From: Micavibrio aeruginosavorus
Lineage (GTDB): Bacteria; Pseudomonadota; Alphaproteobacteria; Micavibrionales; Micavibrionaceae
DNA: 64,000 nt
Reading direction: 5' to 3'
Assembly (NCBI GenBank): GCA_003241475.1
Contig: QFQB01000001.1
Span: 24,997 to 88,996 of the forward strand
Under the pieces are notes generated by a model. It saw only the letters and a program-made list of their open reading frames with translations. It searched no databases and was not told the DNA's origin. Positions 8,517-17,300 of the stretch are shown piece after piece (position 1 is the stretch's first letter; each line of letters begins with the position of its first letter). The translations under genes and the position numbers were made by a program.

Positions 8517-11500
8517 TTATAAAGTTACCCAAGCAGAACCATTGCAATATTGATAGGGTGTCGCACCACCGACATAGCGGATGGCACCCGTGCGCAAGAC
8601 GGTGCAGAGCAGGCTGTTATCGGCACCGATCTTCAGGCCGCCGTTGATTGTAAGTTTGTTTGGAATTGTACCGGAAGTCCCAACTCCAACACCTCCTGTT
8701 GTAGAAATTTCGACTTGTGGCGTAATAGCGTTCATATAGTTGGAGACGCCCGCATTATTTACGCCCAGTTCAAAGAAGGACGTTGTATAGTCAATGCCCG
8801 CGCTACGGGTCGCGCTGGCTGTTACCGTTTTCCAAGATAATTGCGCGGAAGCGTTTGTTCCCGCAGCCTGAAGCAACAATTCAGAACTTCCGGGGTTTTG
8901 CCGCAAGACAGAATTGCCGGCAGACGGGAAGGATAGGCCATTGCCCAGTGAAGAAATGGCAGTCGCATCGTAGCTGATGCCTGCAGATGTTCCCATGGAG
9001 ATATTCGATGCGCCCGCGGCGGACAAAGTCGTACCGTTGTCTGTCCATTGCCACGGTGAAATATTCGGAAAATTTTCAACTCTTGAAGGTATATGCATCG
9101 GGTCGGTCACGATCGCGGTCCCGTTGCCGAGTTCTCCGTTCGCATCCGTGCCCCAACACCACGCCGAACCGTCAGTTTTTAGGCCGCATGCTTTTTCTTT
9201 CCCTGCCACAATCGTGGCCCACGGTCCTGGATCCAGCACGCGGCTTGGAACCGGCATACTAGAGGTCAGCGTGTCTCCATTGCCGAGCTGGCCTTTGTCG
9301 TCTTCGCCCCAGCACCAAGCGGTCCCGTTCGTCTGCACGCCGCAAACGGTTCCGTCGGTCAGAGAAACGGAAACGTCGAGCCATGGCCCGGCGTTGGAAA
9401 CGGGGGCAGGAATAGAATAAAGCGTTGTGTTAATGGCGCCGTTACCGAGTTGTCCGAGTTCGTTTCGACCCCAACACCAAAGAGAGCCATCGAGCTTTAC
9501 TCCGCAAACCGATTCATAGCCGCGGCTGATCTGCACCCATGGCCCTGCGTCGGAGACTTTAAAGGGAGACACTTCATCCGTGCCGGTTGTGCTATTACCG
9601 AGCTGCCCGTAATTGTTACGCCCCCAGCACCACGCCGAACCATCCGATTTGATCCCGCACGAACCATCATAACCCGCGCTGATTTGCGTCCATGTGCTGG
9701 TTGAATCCACGGCGCTAGGCGCTTCTTGTGTGGCTGATCCAGCACCGTTGCCAAGGCGGCCGTTTGTATCTACGCCCCAGCACCAAGCGGTGCCGTCAGC
9801 CTTGATTCCGCAGGCATGTTCCGTTCCTGCTGAAACCTGTATCCATGGCCCCGTTCCGGAAAGGGAGCTTGGAGAAGTTTGGTCCGCGGTCAGCACAGCA
9901 CCGTTGCCAAGGCGCCCACCTGTGTCAGAGCCCCAACAGGAGATGGCACCGTTCGATTGTAGGCCGCAACTGAAATCGTCCCCCGTTGTTATCTGAACAT
10001 ATCCGGCCGTCCCGTTAACGCGGCTCGGTGAGGTTTTGTTGCCAGCGGCGCTACCATTGCCAAGCTGTCCATTATCGGCGGCGCCCCAACACCACGCCGT
10101 TCCATCCGGTTTGACCCCGCAACTGGAGGCTTCGCCTGTTGAAATACGGCCACGGTATTTATCAGCGGCAAGAACGGTGGCGGCCGATAGAGCGGTCGGC
10201 GTATCGCAAGCAAAACCGGTGAAGATATCGATCGGGTCGTTTTGGTATGTAACATACAGGTAACTACCGTCCGTGCGGAAGGCACGGACCTGATCTTCAA
10301 TCGGATAGGATGAAATCACTTTGAAGTTGCTACCATCAAAGCGCAAAGCCTGAATTTGTGTGCTTCCGTAGCCTGCAAAAATATTGACGCCGTCACCAAA
10401 TCCCCAACTTAGTGTTTGGCCGGAATTGTATGTGCCAGCCAGCGTGAGGGCTGTACCGTCAAAAGAATAGGCAAGCAAGTTGTTGGTTGCAATATAGATG
10501 TAATGACCATCTCCCCATGAAGCGCGCGTATCGCCGCCAGCGGGCGTGATTTGCGCGACTTGTGTGAAAGCGCTACCAGAGAAGGTCAGAACGTAAAAAC
10601 CGCCGTTACCGGCAGAGACATATATGTATGTGCCATCCGACCATATATTCGATGCCGTTCCCGCATTGTCGAAAGACCCTGCCAAGGTGAATGTGCCGCC
10701 GCTAAAGCTGTAAGCCCGGACAAAACCACTTTCGGCAACATAAACATAGCGACCGTCTCCCGTAACATCGAGGGCGGCAGAACCTGGTGCGATCTGACCT
10801 GTTTTTGTAAAGCTCGTTCCATCAAAGGAGTAAGCAAGCAGATCATCGCTTCCTTGCGCAACGAAAATGGTCGCGCCGTCGAAATATTGCCCATTGATTG
10901 TGTTGCCATCGACATCTTGCTCATTATCAAGTCGCGTCAGTGTTCCCGCGCCGCGCGCAAAAGCACTCAGGCCGTTATTGTATCCACCGACGTAGAGGTA
11001 ATCTTCGGTCATCAGCGGTGTGCGGTAATAAAATCCATTGTCGGATTGGCCGACCTTTGTGAAGGGCCCGCTACCGGCAGCCTTGCAGACATTCATTTCC
11101 TGATGAACACCCTGAGTATCGGACGCGACATCTTCTTCAATCGTTTGCCCATATGTGCCCTCGTAAAGTGCCACCATTTCATCTGCAGAGAGTGCACGAT
11201 TAAAGAAGCGGATATCGTCCATTTTGCCGTCGAATTTAAGCGAGCCGGAAACGGCGCTTCCGAACGTAAAATTATAAGGAAGGCCGGTCGCCGGTGGACC
11301 CACGGCTACACTACTTCTTTCGATCCCATCGACATAGGTGCGCAAGCGCGTTCCATCATAAGTACAGGCCACAAAATACCATTGGCCCGGTGTGACCGTA
11401 ACGCCAGATGGCCCGGTACCAAACCAATTCCCAGAAGAGGCTTCTTTTTGCTCGCATCCCAGCGGGCTTCCCCAGTCATGGCTCCAGTTAAAAGTTTTAT

Positions 11501-14375
11501 CATCGCTTCGATCATAAAGTTTGGTCGTTGTCGATGTAACGGGCGCCGTGTCGCCGTTGACCCACATGGAAATCGTATAGCGCGTTGCTTCCATAGTGAC
11601 GTCTTTTAAAACCTGTATATAGTTTGTTGCGTTCAGGTTAAGAGCAGTTCCATCCTGTCCAGGAGCAGACACGACACTACCGCCTCCCTCCCAGCTTCCA
11701 TCATTTCCACTGATTGAATCTTCAACGCTTGTTCCTGTTGTCTCGTCTAGTTTCCATCTATGGATCAGGCCGCCCGGCCCTGTTGTGGCGTTGGTTGAAA
11801 AGCGCCGCATGCAACGAATATATTGTGCGACCGGTTTTTGATCGCCCGTTGTCGATGTGGTCCCGTCCTGCATTTTTAAGCGGGCGATATTAAGCGGAGC
11901 ACCCGAGCTACCGGCTTCGGTTGAACTCGTGTAGAAAGAGCCGCTTGTCTCAAAGCCTCCAATCGCCACACGGTTCGGGTAAAAAATTGTGCTCATTTCA
12001 TTGATTGAGGGCAGGAACCAGTCTTCATAACCGCCAGAATTCAGATCACCACAAACTTGTGCGGCGCGATGTGGCTGGAACCCGGTCGTTACGCTATCGG
12101 AATCCGTCCCTTCCAGCGTTGTTGTGTTGGTCGTTCCATCGTCGTTGGTTGTTCCGCCCACATACACCGCACCGCTTGTATTCCCGAAGTTCCAAGGTCT
12201 TGTGCCGCGCGATCCTGTACAACTGGTACCGTTCCATGTCTGACCGAAATCGCAAGGCGTCGTATAATAGTAATATCCTCCGTATTCCCCCATGTAGACA
12301 TTGCCGTTGTTGCAATGATCTCCTATAGCGCTTGCGCCTGCACACAGGCCACTTTCATAAGCGAGCGCAGTGTTTTCGTCATTATAGATATCCATGACTT
12401 CTTCGGCAGAAAGACCGCGGCTGAAAATCATGACATCGTCGATGATGCCATCAAATTTCTCGTCCCCGTTACCCAGGGCGCCGAGACCCACGGCCTGGGA
12501 ATTTACGAGAGGTGTCATTTGCGACGAGGTCGTTTGTACAAGCTCGCCGTCGATATACATCTTCAAATCATTGCCGTCATATGTGCAGGTCAAAAGATAC
12601 CATGTGTCGGCAGGGAAGGCCGAACCGGCAGAAGGTGTGGCAATAAATCCTGAATCGCTACGGTATTCGCAAGCGACGGGCGTGAAGTGCGACCAGAACA
12701 TCGCATAGTTGGCCGTATTATAGGCGATGCCCTTGCCGACAATGCGTTCTACGCCGTTGTTAGGAAGTCCATGCGGTTTGATCCATGCCGATAGCGTGAA
12801 TCTTGTCAAATCGAGGTCGTTGTCGTCGGGAACGGAGACATAATTTGTTCCATTCAAATCGTAAGCGGTACCTTCGTGGCCACTTACCGAAACGACGGAA
12901 CCGCCGCCTTGCCAGCTTCCGTCATGATCGCCGATGGAATCTTCGGCGGCCGTTCCGGTCGTCTCATTCAGTTTCCAGCGACTGATGATTCCTTCGGGAG
13001 GCACGTAATTGGAAACAGATCCCCCCATCGATACGGCTTCCCAGTCGCTACCGCCGCCTGAGAAATCGCAGATGACAAGCACCGGCGGGCTAACGTCGTA
13101 ATTAATGCGAAGCTGTTGGTCCGTCGTCGCGTCGCAGGCATCAACATCGATATTGCCCGGTAGAATAAGACCGGCGTTTTCCAGCGCGAGCGGTCCCGCT
13201 AACGTCGCGCCGCCTGTAACATCGATCTCTTTTTCAATTGTGGCTGTGTCTTTAGAAACGTCCTTGATGCGCCAGAGATCGTTGCCGCTCAGACCGTTCG
13301 CCTCGTTGTAGGTATATTCCATGATAAGGTCGTCCGATCCGGCAGCACGATCGACCGGTGGGCCAGATGGCAGAGAAACCGTCGCATTTTTCTCACAAAC
13401 TGCGCGAAGGTTTGAATTGCAGTTTTCATCTATCCAGTTTCCCGAGCCATACCCGGAAGGGTGCGTGCCTGCGCAGTTTTCACCAGTTCCGCCATTTGGT
13501 TCCCCACTCTGCCAACTTGCGTAATTTCCGCCAAAAGCAGACCCATTCTGATCGCCCTGCCAGAATTGCGTTCCGGATTCCGGGCCTTGCGTCCATCGCC
13601 AAACGCCCTCAGAAGGATCATCTGTTCCTGCAATCCATGTCCAGTTAACGGTTGTAAGATTTGTGATCGCTACCTGTTCGGCCGCGGTCGTCAATGTTGC
13701 AAGATGATCGCCGCCAGCAGAAACACAAGAAGCGTTTGCGCCGGAAAAGTTTGTTGTATTGCTTGTCACAAAAAAACATTTTCCTGTAACAGGATCGTTA
13801 TAGTGATTGTCGCCAAGACCCGTACAATCTGCTGGCGTTGTTACGCCGCCACCTTGCGGGTTGCATTTTGTGCTGAATTGACGGTCTTTGCCGGCGCTGA
13901 TAACGGCAATTACGACATCTGTCGGCTGATCTGACCCTGTCAGCAGGTTTACACCCGCACCGCACGTTCCATTGCCCGGATTCCAGGCGCAGTAGCCGTA
14001 AGGCGTTCCCCACGGATCTTTTTCCGTGACGCCGATATCGTCAGGGAACCAGCCGCCGCCGTCTGGATGCGGCCCGGTAGCCGTTTTAAACGGTAGTGGT
14101 TCCATCATGTCCTGATCGTTGTTGGGCCCGAGCGTGTCTACATCGCAGCCGGCGGATTGCTGGATGGAAATCCGTCCGCCGGAATTCATCCGTTCTTCCG
14201 CAACGGATTTGCGTGTGACATCGGACATGGATGTGACAACGCCTTTGACGACATTGCCTGCGCCTACCGTGAAAACGCCGATCAGGGCGATCGAGGCGAA
14301 CAGCATGAAGAAGATATTTCCGGATTGCGATCCGGATCTTCGTCTCATCAATATGTATGGGCGCGGCATTATCAT
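8517..14375 (-). CDS. giant modular surface protein 2 (pilin-like head with inserted C-type lectin, 2 LamG, DUF1566-like, propeller-like repeats, 1 RCC1 propeller)
   Basis: 1952-aa ORF; ATG 14373-14375 overlaps the stop of the upstream gene (ATGA). Modules (aa): 1-45 anchor (SGNIFFMLFASIALIGVFTVG); 75-196 and 331-450 head (DPWGTPYGYCAWNPG, VIAVISAGKDRQF) split by a CTLD at 198-330; 463-665 LamG; 676-857 DUF1566/Lcl-like; 869-1072 LamG; 1100-1390 YVYV/AYSF-G repeats; 1405-1765 RCC1 x7; conserved linker. The protein ends with ...GAIRYVGGATPYQYCNGSAWVTL. Confidence 0.9.
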   Translation of the reverse strand: MIMPRPYILMRRRSGSQSGNIFFMLFASIALIGVFTVGAGNVVKGVVTSMSDVTRKSVAEERMNSGGRISIQQSAGCDVDTLGPNNDQDMMEPLPFKTATGPHPDGGGWFPDDIGVTEKDPWGTPYGYCAWNPGNGTCGAGVNLLTGSDQPTDVVIAVISAGKDRQFSTKCNPQGGGVTTPADCTGLGDNHYNDPVTGKCFFVTSNTTNFSGANASCVSAGGDHLATLTTAAEQVAITNLTTVNWTWIAGTDDPSEGVWRWTQGPESGTQFWQGDQNGSAFGGNYASWQSGEPNGGTGENCAGTHPSGYGSGNWIDENCNSNLRAVCEKNATVSLPSGPPVDRAAGSDDLIMEYTYNEANGLSGNDLWRIKDVSKDTATIEKEIDVTGGATLAGPLALENAGLILPGNIDVDACDATTDQQLRINYDVSPPVLVICDFSGGGSDWEAVSMGGSVSNYVPPEGIISRWKLNETTGTAAEDSIGDHDGSWQGGGSVVSVSGHEGTAYDLNGTNYVSVPDDNDLDLTRFTLSAWIKPHGLPNNGVERIVGKGIAYNTANYAMFWSHFTPVACEYRSDSGFIATPSAGSAFPADTWYLLTCTYDGNDLKMYIDGELVQTTSSQMTPLVNSQAVGLGALGNGDEKFDGIIDDVMIFSRGLSAEEVMDIYNDENTALAYESGLCAGASAIGDHCNNGNVYMGEYGGYYYYTTPCDFGQTWNGTSCTGSRGTRPWNFGNTSGAVYVGGTTNDDGTTNTTTLEGTDSDSVTTGFQPHRAAQVCGDLNSGGYEDWFLPSINEMSTIFYPNRVAIGGFETSGSFYTSSTEAGSSGAPLNIARLKMQDGTTSTTGDQKPVAQYIRCMRRFSTNATTGPGGLIHRWKLDETTGTSVEDSISGNDGSWEGGGSVVSAPGQDGTALNLNATNYIQVLKDVTMEATRYTISMWVNGDTAPVTSTTTKLYDRSDDKTFNWSHDWGSPLGCEQKEASSGNWFGTGPSGVTVTPGQWYFVACTYDGTRLRTYVDGIERSSVAVGPPATGLPYNFTFGSAVSGSLKFDGKMDDIRFFNRALSADEMVALYEGTYGQTIEEDVASDTQGVHQEMNVCKAAGSGPFTKVGQSDNGFYYRTPLMTEDYLYVGGYNNGLSAFARGAGTLTRLDNEQDVDGNTINGQYFDGATIFVAQGSDDLLAYSFDGTSFTKTGQIAPGSAALDVTGDGRYVYVAESGFVRAYSFSGGTFTLAGSFDNAGTASNIWSDGTYIYVSAGNGGFYVLTFSGSAFTQVAQITPAGGDTRASWGDGHYIYIATNNLLAYSFDGTALTLAGTYNSGQTLSWGFGDGVNIFAGYGSTQIQALRFDGSNFKVISSYPIEDQVRAFRTDGSYLYVTYQNDPIDIFTGFACDTPTALSAATVLAADKYRGRISTGEASSCGVKPDGTAWCWGAADNGQLGNGSAAGNKTSPSRVNGTAGYVQITTGDDFSCGLQSNGAISCWGSDTGGRLGNGAVLTADQTSPSSLSGTGPWIQVSAGTEHACGIKADGTAWCWGVDTNGRLGNGAGSATQEAPSAVDSTSTWTQISAGYDGSCGIKSDGSAWCWGRNNYGQLGNSTTGTDEVSPFKVSDAGPWVQISRGYESVCGVKLDGSLWCWGRNELGQLGNGAINTTLYSIPAPVSNAGPWLDVSVSLTDGTVCGVQTNGTAWCWGEDDKGQLGNGDTLTSSMPVPSRVLDPGPWATIVAGKEKACGLKTDGSAWCWGTDANGELGNGTAIVTDPMHIPSRVENFPNISPWQWTDNGTTLSAAGASNISMGTSAGISYDATAISSLGNGLSFPSAGNSVLRQNPGSSELLLQAAGTNASAQLSWKTVTASATRSAGIDYTTSFFELGVNNAGVSNYMNAITPQVEISTTGGVGVGTSGTIPNKLTINGGLKIGADNSLLCTVLRTGAIRYVGGATPYQYCNGSAWVTL
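9081..10163 (-). repeat. RCC1-like blade array, 7 blades, GPW type (giant protein 2)
   Basis: AWCWGAADNGQLGNGS, ISCWGSDTGGRLGNGA, AWCWGVDTNGRLGNGA, AWCWGRNNYGQLGNST, LWCWGRNELGQLGNGA, AWCWGEDDKGQLGNGD, AWCWGTDANGELGNGT. Confidence 0.85.
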
Positions 14376-17300
14376 TGGAACTGCACCTGCACGGGTATGG
14401 TGGACTGGCTTGTGCTGTTGTTGCCAAGGCGGCCGTTCGAGTTATTACCCCAGCACCATGTCGTGCCGCTTGAGCGAATGCCGCAAGTATGGGAATTACC
14501 GGCGATGACTTGAACCCAGTCATACCAGTAGCCAGTCCCTGCGCTGTCATAAACCTGAACTGGCAGAGATCTGTTCGTACCGGATGTACTGTCGCCCACC
14601 TGACCGTTGGCATTCAATCCCCAGCAATAGGCGCTACCATTTGCACGGATGCCGCACACCTGACCGCCGCCCGCACTAAGGCTCAACCAATCGGAGTAAG
14701 CGCTACCACCGCCGCTGTCTTTTACTTGTACCGGAAGCGATACGTTGTTTGTGGTCAGCCCGTCGCCACGCGAACCCCAGTTGTTGATGCCACCCCAGCA
14801 CCATGCCGTCCCATCTGCACGAATGCCGCAACTCATGCCTGCCCCAGCGGTAATCATTCGCCAATCGGTCCAGTTCCCGCCGCCACCGCTGTTCTTTACC
14901 TGAATGGGCAATGGGTTGTTCGTCGTAGCTGTTGTACCGTTCCCCAATTGTCCATTGGAGCCATTCCCCCAGCACCACGCCGATCCGTCAGTGCGGATAC
15001 CGCATGTTTGCTGATAATAGCCATACACGCTGGTCCAGTCCGACCATGTACCTGCACCACTACTATTTTTTACCTGTACAGGGCGAGCGTTAACGCTGGA
15101 TGTCGTGCCATTACCCATACTTCCATTCGTGTCCGTACCCCAGCACCAGAGTGTTCCGTTGCTACGCAAGCCACAGCTGTAATATCGAGCGATGCTTAGT
15201 TGCTTCCAATCAGACCAGTAACCTGCGCCGGACCCATCGCTGTTTTGAACCCTAACAGGTCTGCTTGAGGATGCTGATCCATTGTTTCCGAGCTGACTGT
15301 TCGTGCCTAGCCCCCAGCACCAAGTAGTGCCATCGGCACGAAGGCCGCACGCATGGTTGCCGCCGCTACCAACTTGTTTCCAATCCGACCATCCAGGTGT
15401 GCCTGTGCTGGTATGAACGGTAACGGCTTTGGTTGCATCGGGGGTTGTTGTTCCGTTTCCAAGTTCGCCATCTGCTGCGCGTCCCCAGCATTTTGCATAG
15501 CCATCAGACATGACGGCGCAACTGCCGTTCACTCCTGCAATATTGGCTTGGCTGTTGGTATTCATCAAGACGCTGGTTGTGGTCATCGTACCCCATGGTC
15601 TCCAGGAACCGCCACTACGGCAATATTGCCACGCGCTACCCGTCCATTGAATTGTTCCAACTTTGCCCGAAGTGCATCCACCGCCGTCATTGCCGATCTT
15701 GATCGCGCCGTTGACATCCAGTTTTGTAGCGGGCGCACCTTTTGTGCGGATGCCGACATTGCCTGTGCTACCAATTTCAAGATCAGGTTGCAGACTTGTC
15801 ACAAGGGCATCAGGGTTATTTGTCGTTCGGGAAATTTCGAACGATCCGGTATTATAATCGAGCCCTACTGAGCGGTTTGCGTAGAGTTGCGATGTGTTCT
15901 CGTAAACCTGTTGTATTTCCGAGGCGCTTAAAGCCCGGTTGTACATACGGACATCGTCCATTGCGCCATTAAACGGACTGGAGCCGTTCGATCCTGCGCC
16001 GATCCCCATATTAGAGGCAGCAGATACAGGAGTTCCGGCAGCAACACTGGAAACCTGATTTCCATCGATGTACATGCGCAAGGTGGTGCCGTCATAGGAG
16101 CAGACGATAAAATACCATTGGTTTGCGACCATATTGATCGGCATTACGGGCGAGGTTACGCGTCCTGACCCATCGTTTTGTTCACAAGTTATCGGATAAC
16201 CCCACTGGTGGCTCCAGTTGACCGAAAAGTTTTCGTTCCGGTCGAACATCTTGCTTGTAACGCTACCCGTGGTAGGCGCCGTATAGCCTTTTGCCCAGAA
16301 AGAAACCGTGTAAAGCGGCAAGTATAAGGACGCGTTATAGGTAACGAGAACAAATCCCGACGATCCGTTGAAGGATAGAGCGCCATTGTCTACACCAGTC
16401 GCAGGTGTCAGAACCCCGGACCATGCCCACCCACCGTCGGTTGTTCCGACAGAATCATCTACAAAGGTTCCATAAGTTTCATCCATCTTCCACCGATGCA
16501 CGAGGCCGCTCGTTACGTCGCCGGAAGCTGTTGCGGAAGCTACATTCAAGCGAATTTGGGATGCATAAGATGTGCCGCGGGCATCAAGAAGTAACTGGTT
16601 TGCCGTACTTTGTGTGATACTTGCCCCATCACTGCGCAGACGCAAGCCGGTCGATGTCCCATCACCGGATATATAACGCGTTGTTCCTATTATGGGGTTT
16701 AGATTCCACAAGGCGGATAAACCCGTGCTGGTTTCATTGGCATACCATGCGCTACGGGTGGGTGTGTCGAGAACCTTGCTTGGCAAAGTGGTAGATCCGA
16801 AAGATGAACCGTTTCCTAGCCGCCCGTTCGTATCCGTACCCCAGCACCATACATTTTCATTAACGTCGGTTGCGCAAGATGCGTTTATACCGGGTTGCGC
16901 GGTCATGAATTTTTGTGCACCCGTAACCCGCACAGGGATTTCTTGTGCTGCGACATTTAAACCATTGCCGATGCGGCCATTGTTACCCGCCCCCCAGCAC
17001 CACGCGCCGCCATAGATATCCGTGCCGCAATTATGCTCTACGCCAGCCGCAATAGACATGAAGGGTGCATTCGTGAAAGCCCTTACAGGAGATGTTTGGT
17101 CTTCAGTTATGTCGCTTCCATTGCCTATAAGACCATTTTCGTCTTTGCCCCAGCACCACACGCTTCCATCGTTTTTCAATCCGCAGGTAGCTTTGCCTGC
17201 AGATATTTTTGCCCATGGTCCGGGATCGTCTACTTGCGAAGGCGTATTTTGTGATGTGTTGAGAACGGCTCCATTGCCGAGCTGTCCGTTCGAATCAGAT

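Noticed and set aside
10551-11609. 352-aa plus-strand ORF inside giant gene 2
   Set aside because: It is antisense to the LamG and propeller-like modules, which have strong sense-strand motifs. The composition is typical of a shadow frame.
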